NCBI GenBank assembly: GCA_951406725.2
Contig: OX597814.1
Coordinates: forward strand, 65,782,001 to 65,846,000
DNA length: 64,000 nt
Source: Octopus vulgaris
Lineage: Eukaryota
Direction of reading: 5' to 3'
The translations under genes and the position numbers were made by a program. Positions 40,766-53,464 of the stretch are shown here, piece after piece (positions within the stretch are counted from its first letter, which is position 1; every line of letters starts with the position of its first letter). The notes under the pieces are model-generated. The model was given only the letters and a program-made list of their open reading frames with translations, did not search any database and was not told the origin of the DNA.

Positions 40766-40872
40766 ATTTCTTACTGATGAATCTAAGGGCCTATGGTAGA
40801 TTGGCTTGATTTAATTTAATCAGGTTAGTTTTCCATTAAACAGAAGATGAAACGGTGCATCGTCTAAGAAAT
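40766..40872 (+). ncRNA. Type I hammerhead ribozyme, array copy 6
   Basis: CTGATGA 40774-40780; predicted cleavage after 40864. Confidence 0.9.
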
Positions 40873-43702
40873 TACAGGGTAAATGTTTTTCAATTTTCTC
40901 CTGGTTTACGGAATTGACGTTATTTTGCGGTTAAAGCTTTTGGCTGTTATTTCTAGTGGGTGAATGGCCTATTATGGCCGTTCCTTGATTGTGATGTTGA
41001 ACTTAAAAATGGTTTATGACTATTTAATTTTTTCCCACTAGGCCGCTGGTGGCAAAAGAATTCTACAAAATTTTTTTTGCCACCCTATATTGATTAATTA
41101 TATATATATATATATATGAGTGTATGTATGTACGTATGTATATATCAAAGTCACAGATTTTTAACATCTGTAAGTAAATATCAAAGCACAATAACATTGA
41201 ATTTAGAATATATATATATAAATATCTTTGTATTAATGCTAGCTACAAGTAAGACTAGAATATTTAGTCTCTCACTAAATAGAATTACTTGTTCATTGAG
41301 TATCCTGTATATTACGTCGACATTTTACCTGTAACTAAGTCAAAGGGTGAATTAGAACAATATCGTGTGTGGTAAGTATGAACTCTTGAATTGCAGATAG
41401 AATCCAACCGACGGCATCTTGCACTGTTTCCGTCCACACAGTTTCACTAACAAGGCTGGGGGGCATTATATACAAATGGCCAAGAAATTCGCTTTGCAAC
41501 TACGAAGTCCTTTGTTCTATCCTGTTTCGGAGTATTTGACCAAATGTGTCTCTCCATTGCTTTAGGTCGTCCCCAAGTCTGACCACAATATATTACCATC
41601 AATGACTTAATTAATGGTACCCAAATATTTGAACTTACTCTTCTTTATGTTCGACAAGCTCTTAGATTTGATAACTTGCGTGTGATAAATCACAAATTTA
41701 ACTACAATAATACAGCAAGAATATATAAACAGTGGCCTAATGATTAGGCAAGCTCATTGACAGTGAATAGTAGAGAGCTTTGATAAGGCATGTTGCAAAG
41801 TAGATTTAGTGATTCTATCGCTAGTAATACATAAATTCGAAGCAATACATTTGCAAATCTTCAAAATGATTAATGGCAGCAAGGAATTTCACAAAGGCAA
41901 TGGACTAACTTGATAACATCATAACACAAAGAGTAGTGATATTAGACTGTGATGGATATGATTGAAATGTGTAGAGAATTATGATCGGAAGTGTTGATGT
42001 GAATAGGTGTACAATGTATTTCAGTTTAGATAGCTCGCCTGCGTTAAAATGGAAGCTAGAGTCAATCATTAAAATTGAAAGTGAAGACATCAATGCTTGA
42101 CGTGTAGAGCTAAGTAGGTGCTAACAAAAGAATCGTTGAAGCAGCTAACATAAGGCGAACTTCTTATTATAGAGACAACTATATATATATATATATATAA
42201 TGTAATACGGAATATATATATATATATATATATACATACACACACACACATATATATATAAATATTCCGTGTTGCATTCTAATAATACCATATATAGTCA
42301 ATGGATACTCAAGTGTGTGCTTGTTTGCATGTATGCGAAGGTGCACTGACACATATATACATATGTAATGTATATATGCTTGCTAAGGATATATATGCAT
42401 TTATACCGTATGTCTACAAGCACATATATAATCAATTCGAGTTATATATCTATGTGCCTACCATGTTTCTCAATATGATGTATCGACATATCGATCTATA
42501 TTCTATATTCAGTATTACTGCTCCTCCTTTTCTCAGTAATAACACTCTGTATGTGTGTCTATGTGTATGTGTGTATGTGTGTGTGTGTGTTTGCGTGCCT
42601 ATGTGTGTGTGTGTGACCATGACTATACCCACATACACTCACACATATACACGCGTATGCATACACTCAGATATTACATATTAACTAGAGAAATGTGGGG
42701 AAACAATTAACAGAAATAGATCGATAAATTTATGAATGCCCTTGCATGAGGGCAAACATACATTCATTCATACACACATTACACACACACATTACACACA
42801 CACACACAAGCACGCACATATACATACATACATGCATACATACATACATACATACATACATACATACATACATTCATACATACATACATACATATATACA
42901 TGCTTGTATGCATACATACAAATATACACACATCTATGCATACATACATAGAAACATACATACACACAGACATTCATGCATGCAAGGTCGTAAGAAAGGA
43001 CACATCTTCATGTACGGTAACCTGTACCAGTTTTGTATATACATCATAGAATGCATTCTTTCAGAATATATAAACATTATGAAATGCCTCAACTCAATAT
43101 GAGAGACATCGTCTCTAGTTATTTCTAACAAGGACACTTAATTGTCTGCATATCTCTTCCGAACCAGATTTGTGATTTTTATCTGATGGCATAATCAATA
43201 CATTCAAGTGTAAATGTGTCTGTCAGTCAGTGTGTGTGTGTGTGTGTGTTTGTGTCCATGTGTGTGTACTAATAGAAACAAAAAACATACATAATATACA
43301 AACACACACGCACATACATACGCACATACACACACACACGCACACACTCACACACACACACACACGCACATATTGACATAACACTTTTAAAGAAATCTTG
43401 ATTTTTTGCCCCGTTGATCTCGACTTCTTATTTGAAATTGGTACCAATCTCCACCAAGCAACTGATGTACCATTCTTGGAGCGCAGATAATTTGAATAAA
43501 TCAGGAATATATATGGCTTGCTCTTTAATACTTTTTAAAATGTATCTGTATTCGTCTTTTCTGTTCAGAATCATCCCGCTGTCTACTATGAGCTATTTCT
43601 CTTACCACATTTTCACTTTCCACTCGCGCACACACACACACACAAAATATAAGTATGTATGTATGTACGCATGTATGTGTGCGAGTACTTATATAGCGAG
43701 TG

Positions 43703-43760
<58 letters not shown>

Positions 43761-44059
43761 GTATATGCATTTTTATATATATACATGTATATAGATTTGC
43801 ATATATACACATATGCGCATGTATATATATATGAATATATTTATGTAAATCTATATCTAAATGTATATGTATATGTGTGTGTATGTATATATGTATGCAT
43901 GTATGTGAGTGTGTGCGTGCTTATATGGTGCATATATATGTGTATATATATGTGTGTATATGTATATATATATGTATATATATATACATATATATACATA
44001 TATATATGTATGTATGCATGTATGTATGTATGTATGTATGTATGTATGTATGTATATAC

Positions 44060-45099
44060 AAAATATGGGGGTTTAGTTCACAGGTCATCTAAACGACCAG
44101 GTACGCTGGGTAAGTGATGTAACGGATTACCAATATAGGTTATCCTGGGCTATAATAGATTCTGGCATCCCATATCAGGACCAGCACCTCACTTGTGAAC
44201 TCTGCCTAAAAGAAGCCCTCAAAATTTTAATCCATAACTCACCACAGTTGCTTAACAAAAACAATAAAGCCTTCACAACGTGTAAACACAAATTTTTCAG
44301 CACTTTAAAATTGTTCCATAAATCCAAATGTAAACTTACCTCCCATACATAACACTCACATGCCAACCTCCATGGTCGTTTATACATACCCTTGTATATC
44401 TTTTTTTATCATCATTTTTAAACCTTAACCTATTAAATCCCCTAATATTTAGTTATAACTCTTATTCCTAAATAACTTAATATTCAACTGGTTTTTTCTT
44501 TCACGACTACCTACACACTCATACCCCCATAGCTAAAATTATTTCTATAGCCACTGTCCTTAGCCATAAAACGGACACAAACACATTACTTTATTTCCTC
44601 TACAACCCTTACAAGCTAGAACGGCACTGGCACCTGCTATTCTCTTTCAAATTCCTTTCATATACTTTCTTTTCTATTCTTTACGTTATCTTCCTTTACC
44701 TCCTCCTCTCTCCTTATTTACCCTTATATATTTATTTATCTTCTTTTATATTTTTCTACACTATATTCCTATATACCTTATTTAATCCTTCATATCCATG
44801 GATTCACATAGAATTGCACCTAAGGACTTCTACACTATCGGAAAGTTGAACTATGAAGTTGTATGCTCCTTTTTCTTCATTTTCTTTATTCTTTTTCTCC
44901 AGTCCTCTATGTCATCGTTTTGTAAATTATCTATGCCCTTCACATTTTCCCTATTTGTCTCCGATGACAGAATATCTCATATTTTGGGATATCCCAGAAA
45001 CAGCTGTAAGACTTAAAATTTTTTCCAATAATAATAACATATATGACTTGAGATGTTTGTCTTGCGTTAGCGTTTGCTGTCCTTTTTAATAATTTTATA

Positions 45100-45100
<1 letters not shown>
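44060..45100 (+). mobile_element. Penelope-like element 3' fragment (GIY-YIG C-terminus, 3' region, HHR)
   Basis: YQYRLSWAIIDSGIPYQDQHLTCELCLKEALKIL..LLNK..TTCKHKF; ends in (TA)n. Confidence 0.8.
44957..45012 (+). ncRNA. Type I hammerhead ribozyme (CCGATGA core, palindromic helix III)
   Basis: gtct-CCGATGA-..atatctca(tattt)tgggatat..-GAAA-cagctg-TA-agac. Confidence 0.65.
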
Positions 45101-45145
<45 letters not shown>

Positions 45146-45150
45146 CATAT

Positions 45151-45195
<45 letters not shown>

Positions 45196-45237
45196 TGTAT
45201 ATATACGTGTATATATATGTATATATAAATATATATG

Positions 45238-45296
<59 letters not shown>

Positions 45297-45350
45297 TGTT
45301 CACTATATTGATCACTCTAGCACTAGTTAATCCAAGTTTCAACCACGAAA

Positions 45351-45405
<55 letters not shown>

Positions 45406-45863
45406 CATACATATATATATATATACATGTATATATATATATATGTATATATAGAGAGATAGAGAGATATATATAGATATCTGTATGTATATGTATATAT
45501 GTGCCTGTTTGTATGTATGTCTGTATGTGTATATGTGTATGCATCCATGCATTTATGTATGAAGGAAGGAAGAAAGAGGTTTAGGACTGGGTGATCGGAA
45601 AAGTAGTTACAGTAATGTGGAGGTGGCTGATGAAGAAACTAGGAGAAAAGACAGTCAATCGATTCTTATATCCGTTCTAGTGTTAGCAGTCTTTCATAGA
45701 GCAAAGTGCAGCCAAGGGAATCAGCACAGATACATCTCTCTTTTTCTTGCTTTATCTCTCTGTTTCTCTCTCTCTCTCTCTCTCTCTCACACTCTCTCTC
45801 TCACTCTCTCAATCTCTCTCTAATTTCGATTTATCGATTATTTCCCTCAATATAATACAATAT

Positions 45864-46000
45864 TTCTTCTTCTTCTTCTTCTTCTTCTTCTTCTTCTTCT
45901 TCTTCTTCTTCTTCTTCTTCTTCTTCTTCTTCTTCTTCTTCTTCTTCTTCTTCTTCTTCTTCTTCTTCTTCTTCTTCTTCTTCTTCTTCTTCTTCCTTAT
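45864..46000. repeat. (TTC)n microsatellite
   Basis: Direct reading. Confidence 0.95.
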
Positions 46001-47095
46001 TCTTCTTTTTCTTCTGTTGTTGTTCATTGTTTTTATACTCTGCCATTATCGTTGTTCTTACTTTTTGAAGTAGGTATTAAGATTGCATTGTTGCATTGTG
46101 TGTCCTAATGAAGCCCGAAAGGATTATATATATATATATATATATAATAACGCGAGTCGAACGTTTGTTATCGGCTCTGATGATGTTCATTATAAGAGTT
46201 TACACATCTTTGAATTGTTCCTTGACTTCTGAACTTCTTAACACCCGATGTTTCCAGGTCAGAGACATTCAAATTTTACATAGTACGAAAAGCACCAAGT
46301 ATGCACCGTCCACTTCAAAAGTTGTAGGCATAGCAGTCCCAATCATATTTACTGAGAGACCTTCAATGCGACCGCTCAGTTAGCTAGAAAACACAGCTAA
46401 AATTCTTTCGTATCACACTGTACTATCGTTAATGTAATGAAAGAACACAATATAATCTTGTTCTAGATACTTTATGCCTCCAAATAGATAAGATAACATT
46501 GAATATAAATCTACTCAATTACTATTGAATACAACTAAAACAATAGCAAGAACATCCAAATTTCATTTCATAACATTGGTTTCTAACACAAGAAGACTTC
46601 ACACCTGGATGTATATTATTTCACTGACTTCCCAGGATGAAATATGAAATAGACCTTGAGAATACTCAAAGTTTTAATAACCATAATCAGTAATCGTGTA
46701 GCAACACAGCTTCTGGCTATAGTCGATCATATCGACATTAATAAGTAACTGACACTTATTTAATTGATCAGAGAACAATGAAAGTCAAATGCTACCTCTG
46801 CGTGTTTCGAAATCAGACTGTTTCGAATCGGATTGTTATGGGTCACATCAAAATGCGATATAGTATTTCTATCTAATATACCAACCAATCGCCCTTTTCC
46901 ACAGTTCATAGTATTATTAACAGTAACTCTTAGGTTACTAGATGCCCAGTTGTGAATGAACCTAAAACAATTTTTGTTAGCATACCCCCACCTATACTAC
47001 AGTTTTAGTACCACTTTCCAACTTATCTAATTTCTTTTATTAAACTATAATAATCTCTGCATGGATTTATAAATGTACTCATATAACCTTATATT

Positions 47096-47345
47096 AGTTC
47101 CGGGTTCAGTGCCACTGCGAGGAACCTTGGGCAAGTGTCTTCTACTATAGTCTCGAGCAGACCAAAGTTTTGTGGCTGGATGTGGTAGACGGAAACTGAA
47201 AGGAGTTCGTTGTATGTATATATATATATACTCTTTACTCTCTCTTTTATTTGTTTCAGTCATTTTGACTGCGACCATGCTGGAACACCGCCTTTAGTCG
47301 AGAAAATCGACCCTAGAACTTATTCTTTGTAAGCCGAACCGCTTA
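47096..47345. mobile_element. Two SINE family A fragments in opposite orientation (47096-47215 plus, 47230-47345 minus)
   Basis: Matches to the head/CORE part and to the tail part respectively. Confidence 0.75.
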
Positions 47346-47359
47346 CTTGTAAGCCGAAC

Positions 47360-47572
47360 GGAATATTTTAGAAATTTCTATCGGCTTGTTTCGAGACGCA
47401 TAAATTATAATGGTTATTGACAATTTGTCTATTTTCGGCATATTTGGCATTAGAATTTTTCTTTTGTCCTTATTTTATAAGTTATTTACAAATTTAACCT
47501 TAAAAGGTATTTTTTAATATGCTGGCCATTGATAAAATTTTTTTCGAAAATTTTTTATCCTACATTAGATGT
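47360..47572 (+). mobile_element. 3' tail of the 24641-25231 foldback family
   Basis: ttttcggcatatttggcattagaattttt..aatttaacctt..ggtattttttaatatgctggc. Confidence 0.8.
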
Positions 47573-47596
47573 ATATATATATTTATTTATTTATAT

Positions 47597-47695
47597 GCGC
47601 GGCACATTGGGCAAGTGTCTTCTACTATAGCCTCGGGCCGACCAAAGCCTTGTGAGTGGATTTGGTAGTCCGGAAACGGAAAGAAGCTCGTCGTA
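47597..47695 (+). mobile_element. SINE family A fragment
   Basis: ttgggcaagtgtcttctactatagcctcgggccgacc. Confidence 0.8.
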
Positions 47696-47751
47696 TATAT
47701 ATATATGTGTGTGTGCGTGTGTGTGTGTGTGTGCAAGTATATATGTATATA

Positions 47752-47812
<61 letters not shown>

Positions 47813-47815
<3 letters not shown>

Positions 47816-48756
47816 AAGTTAGCTAAAGATCCGTTTGGAAAAGATTTCGGGTCAAGACGCACTTCGCTATGGTCGGCCTAAAATTAACAGTGACAAGATG
47901 AATGGGTTAGTCGATATCAACCCACATTACGCGACCAGGTTGATCCTTGATATTCGCCAAATATCAAGTGCTGCAAACAATCTGCATGGAATTGGTTAGG
48001 TCATCAGGCTCGTTCATTGGGTCCCACATCAACTGAATAAACTTCGCTTAACGGATTTCCTGTGGCGATTCTTTGCAGAAACTTGAAGAAAACCACGCTT
48101 TTTTTAAGTGAATGGTAACAGGGTACAAAAAAATGGGTCGTCTACAGCAACGTGAATGCAACTGATCATGTGGGAAGCACGGTGAATCATCAGAAACAGT
48201 CTCCAGAGCAGAACATTGCTCGAAGAGGGTTATGCTTTAAATTTGGTGGGATTGAATGGAGGTCGTCTTTTACGAGCTACTTCACACGAACTCGGATGTA
48301 TATTGTGTCCAGCTGGACAAACTAAAGGCAGCGATCCACCAGAAGTGTTCAGCACTTGCTAATCGTAAGAGCGTTGTTTTTTCCTCAGGATAATGCCAAA
48401 CAGCATACTTTTTTGTAGATGTGGCAGAAGTTACTGAGGCTTAGATGGGAAGTTTTCCCACACCCTCAATATTCGCCTAACATTGTGAGTTCAGATTTCC
48501 GCCAGTTTTGTCCACTTCAAAATTCATTGATTTGACAGACTTCAACTCAGTAGGGGGTGTAAAAATTTACCTGCAAGAGTTTTTCACCTGTATATTGGAA
48601 ATTCTTTTAACAGAAAGTAATGGATCTGCTCACAACATGGTAGAAGATACTAAAAGAAAACGGAAATTATATCATTTATAGGAGGAAATCATTTTGTGTT
48701 TAATGCTTGCGTCTTATTTTCTCTTAAAAACCGAACGAAATTTTTAGCCAACTCAA
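47813..48756 (+). mobile_element. 5'-truncated degenerate mariner
   Basis: HWVPHQL, VTG..KWV, IWWD, QDNAKQH, YSPNIVSSDF; right TIR aaaaccgaacgaaatttttagccaactcaa|TA. Confidence 0.85.
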
Positions 48757-48764
48757 TACATATA

Positions 48765-49160
48765 TTCTTTTCTACTTTGGGCACAAGGTGCAATTTTTGG
48801 GGGGAAAGTGGCCAGTCAATTAGATCGACCCCAGTAAACAACTGGTACTTAATTTATCGACCCCGAAAAGATGAAAGGCAATTTCGACCTCGGTGGAATT
48901 TGAACTCAGAACGCAGCGGCTGACGAAATACCTATTTCTCTACTACCCACAAGGGGCTAAACACAGAGAGGACAAACAAGGACAGACAAACGGATTAAGT
49001 CGATTATATCGACCCCAGTGCATAACTGGTACTTATTTAATCGACCCGAAAGGATAAAAGGCAAAGTCCGCCTCGGCGAAATTTGAACTCAGAATGTAAC
49101 GGCAGACGAAATACCACTAAGCATTTTGCCCAGCGTGCTAACGTTTCTGCCAGCTCGCCG
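48765..49160 (-). mobile_element. SINE family B, partial tandem duplication
   Basis: Same two-module structure as 28405-28781. Confidence 0.85.
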
Positions 49161-49689
49161 TCTTTCCAATATATATATTTACACATATATTGCATATGTA
49201 GAGAGAGAGAGAGAAAGAGAGAGACAGACAGACAGTCAGACAGGGAGAAAGAAGCGGAGAGAAAGAGGAGAGAGAGAAATTGCCAATTACCTAAACCATA
49301 AATGCCTCCTTCCTTGTTCTTTTCTTCTATTTTCCTTTTCCTTGTTTCTTACTCACCATTCATTTTCTTCCCTTTGTTTCTTCTTCCCACCCCTTCATCT
49401 TATATTCTCTTCACCTTTAAACGCCATGACAGAAAACTTTATATAGCTGTGCAAATTTCATCAATTTTCAGTTTTAACTTGCTTGCTGTTCCTCTGCACC
49501 CACTGGTGAATCTCGAAACACTGACTAGTAAGAAACTGATTCGTCTAAATAATATGTGTGATTGAGTGTGCATGTATGAGTGTTTACTACATGCACACAT
49601 ATAGAAGCGAATGTGTATTTTTATGTGTGTGTGTATTGGCATCTATGTATCTATGTATATATATATATGTATGTATATATGTATATGCA

Positions 49690-50515
49690 TACATACCACG
49701 ACTTGAAACTGTATTGACCACAGAAATGAAATATTGGACCTTATAACCCAGTTTTTTACAAACATTGGAATGAAATTTGGTGACAATAAGACGTGGAAAA
49801 GTGCCCTGCTCTGAAAACCTAACGATTAATTGCTTTACAATACAACCTCTGTAGCCAGGTAACAATTACAGGTACTCTGGACAAGAGGAGAACGTCAGAT
49901 ATGATGGACCCATAATAAAAGGAGGGGACCAGGAATGAATGTCTCAGGATATTCAGCAGAAGAAAGATACCAGAAACTATCTTGCCCAAGTTTGCTACCG
50001 TTAAATCAATAATTAGAATAACTGATGAACTTCAGAAGAGGGACGAAGCGGAAGCATGGAATAAGAAAAGTAGATTAGTTCACTGAGAAGATAGTACGTG
50101 GGTACTTGGCACGTAAAACACAAAGGATTATGTCAAAAGCTTGGCATGGAGTACGACCAAGTTTATGACATCCCATTTCGAAGAACAAGAGATCCTCACC
50201 AAGTACCTGCTGCATAAAAAGGAGAAAACTTTGACAGACAACACGAGTAGGCTTTGAAAGACCAAGATTGAAGACATCAACCACATTATTGCCAAATGCT
50301 AGAGAATGTCTTCCAGATATTATTTTCCAATGAGGCATGATAGGGCATCCAGAAGAGTTTGGAACAGGATAACCAAAACGAGAACACCTACAAACGAAGG
50401 TGACCATATAGAAAACGAATATTAGTGGGACTTAACAATTAAAATAAACACCGAGTTAAAACACAACCGGTCAGATATTGTTGTATAGGACCACAAGGAA
50501 AAGATATGTAAAAAT
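49690..50515 (+). mobile_element. Degenerate R4/Dong-like non-LTR retrotransposon (RT end, zinc knuckle, RLE start)
   Basis: IGMKFGDNK..NYRYSGQEENVRYDG; DQIEDINHIIAKC..YYFPMRHD; WDLTIK..KHNRSDIVV. Confidence 0.75.
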
Positions 50516-50814
50516 CACCTCATTTTGTATAGCATTGTTGTTAGAAAAATAAAAAGAAAGAGGGCATCTATGTCTCATACCTATTATTATTATTGGAGCA
50601 ACTGGTTACATACCAAATCAACTGGAACAGAATATGGCCGAACTTACTATGGAAAAGTTGATGGTCAAAACAAGATGCGAGATGCTTTCCTTCTCAACAT
50701 TGCTAGTAGTAGGCTGCCGGTCAAAATTTAATTATTACATAAAGAGAACACACACACAAAAAAAAAACATACATACACACATATACAGGCACATACATAC
50801 ATACATATACAAAT

Positions 50815-50880
<66 letters not shown>

Positions 50881-51504
50881 ATACTTGCATAAATATATAT
50901 ACATACGCACACATGCATATACGCATAAACACATGAATCACATACACATTCATATATCAGAAGTAAATAAATTTATATATGTTTGTGTGTGTGTGTGTAA
51001 ATGTGTGTGTGTGTGTGTGTGTGCATCTTTCTATCTATCTAGCTATAGTTATTAACTGCTTGAAACAGAATTAGTCACTTGTCACCGAAAACGGTAGAAA
51101 TGCGTCACATATCTATTCAGAAGTTCTCAGCTGGGTAAAATATATTTTCATTTATTCACAAGCACAAGTGGTACTTTTATGTGATCAGAATAAATGTTCA
51201 AATACATATGACTTGAAGGTATGAAAATATCACGTGATAATACAAAAATGTCGCATATTGTGCTCATAACAATGTGCTTGAAAATATTTCTGATACATGT
51301 ACACACGCAAAAACTTACAAAGACACACACATATGTATATATATATGTCTGTATATATGTGCATCAGTGAGTTTGCGCGCGCGTGTGTGTGTGAGTGTGT
51401 GTGCACATGTATGCGTTGTTGTGTGTGCGTATGTGTGCATGTATGTATTATCAGCTTTCTTCCCCACAAGTTTCTGAATAATCAGCAACGTGAAATTCAC
51501 TTAC

Positions 51505-51695
51505 AGTCGTTAGCACACCGGAAAAAGATCTTAGTGGCATTTCATCAGAGTCCATGTTCTGAGTTCAAATTCCGTCCTTACGGGGTCGATAAAATAAGTG
51601 CCAGTTGCATACTGGGGTCGATGTAATTGACTTAACCTCAACTCCATCCCCGGAACTACTAGCCTTGTGCCAGAATTTTAAACCAGCTGAAACTA
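51505..51695 (+). mobile_element. SINE family B with internal deletion
   Basis: gttagcacaccgg..gagttcaaattccg..ggggtcgataaaataagt. Confidence 0.7.
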
Positions 51696-51713
51696 TTATT
51701 ATTGTTGCTGTTA

Positions 51714-51765
<52 letters not shown>

Positions 51766-51794
51766 CATCATCATCATCATCATTATTATTATTA

Positions 51795-51859
<65 letters not shown>

Positions 51860-51860
51860 G
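51693..51860. repeat. (ATT)n microsatellite, partly the tail of the minus-strand fragment at 51858-51945
   Basis: Direct reading. Confidence 0.9.
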
Positions 51861-51983
51861 AGTGAGAGAGCAGTGCATGCCATCAATGACACAGGGGTAA
51901 AATATACGAAGCCCAGTATACCCATCATGACTACCCGTCTGATAGGGGTAGTTCAAATTCCGCCGACTTAGCCTTTTATCTTA

Positions 51984-52220
51984 TAGGCGTAGGAGTGACT
52001 GTGCGGTAAGTAGCTTGCTTACGAACCGCATGGTTCCGGGTTCAATCCCACTGCGTGGCACCTTGGGTGAGTGTCTTCTACTATAGCCTCGGGCCGACCA
52101 AAGACCTGTGAGTGGATTTGGTAGACGGAAACTGAAAGAAGCCCGTCGTATATATGTATATATGTATGTGCGTGTATATGCTTGTGTATCTGTTTGTCCC
52201 CCAACATCGCTTGACAACCG
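51984..52220 (+). mobile_element. SINE family A, 3'-truncated
   Basis: aggcgtaggagtgactgtgcgg..gggttcaatccc. Confidence 0.88.
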
Positions 52221-53116
52221 TATACACACATACATATACGAACAAATATTTTTTCGAATTGTAAATGTATACGCACGTATGGGCCATGTATGTGACTAAA
52301 TAAATATCGAATACATACATATATTCAAACCAAAACTGTCCGACGAATACATACATGTATGTATATTTATGTACTTCTATGTGTATGCTTAGTCAATAAG
52401 TAACGATTAGTGAAATACATTCTTATGACGCGTTGCAAATTTTATAAGCATCAGGGAATTTCTTCATTAAAAGGAATTGTTATCTGTCTATGATTCTAGT
52501 GACATCTCTCAGTTTTACACTTCTACACTATCTTACCTATTATTTATCCTTTTAATTTTGTTTTATCTTGCTCGTTCACTCTATGTGTTTGTCAATTTCT
52601 TCTATTATAGCACTGGTGAAATTAATGTTTCTCTCACGTAAGATGAAACTCACATAATGCATCTACACACTACGTATCCTGACCTCTCTGTGCCATCTCC
52701 CTTTCCTCTCTTCCACCTCTCCCCTTTCTCTCTTCTATCTCTTCCCTTTTCTCTTCCTCTCTTTCTCTCTCCGATACAATCCACTTCCTAGTCAATTATT
52801 CGGTTACCAACATGCGATCTCACTATGGTCATTTGCAAACTGTCTTGAGTTTTCTTCACAATCATAGTGACCCCAGACTTGTATATTTTTTTTAACATTT
52901 GCAATTTTCTTCTTTCTCTCTTCACAAGCAAAAGCTTGCAGTTGCCTTGATTTATCAGTGATCAGTGATACAACTTTCATCAAATTGAAGTCTGCATAGC
53001 CCAAACTTCGAAGTTCAGTCAATATTTATTCTGAATCCTTCTATTTCAATTTCAAGTCCATTTTACTACACATACAAGAAGGGTATATTTATGTGTGTGT
53101 ATGTGTACATGTTCGA

Positions 53117-53245
<129 letters not shown>

Positions 53246-53292
53246 AATATATATATCTATGTATATATAAATGTATATATATATGTATATAT

Positions 53293-53350
<58 letters not shown>

Positions 53351-53464
53351 TGATACAAAAAGGAACATCCAGATAGACGATACAAAGAAAACAAGGTGGG
53401 TATATATATATATATATATATATATGAGTGTGTATACACACAAACACAGACGCACACACACACA

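Larger units (their letters stand above)
38141..41101. mobile_element. Retrozyme-like array: six ~490-bp HHR-containing units in head-to-head inversion (2.8 units minus, 3.2 units plus), flanked by (TA)n
   Basis: Left-arm unit starts 38141, 38630, 39121; junction ~39509; right-arm starts 39509, 40001, 40492, 40985. Units differ by a few SNPs and homopolymer indels. Confidence 0.9.

Noticed and set aside
38141-41101. CRISPR array or ordinary satellite
   Set aside because: There are no unique spacers and the context is eukaryotic. One HHR per unit and reciprocal inversion breakpoints argue against a plain satellite.
41650-42150. Possible old LINE fragment
   Set aside because: No convincing motif could be read in any frame.
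46115-46200. ctaatga..gaaa and ctgatga motifs
   Set aside because: Could not assemble complete helices I-III.
52804-53022. 72-aa minus-strand ORF with protein-like composition
   Set aside because: No recognisable motif or supported splice sites; in-frame stops lie just upstream. Possibly a TE fragment.
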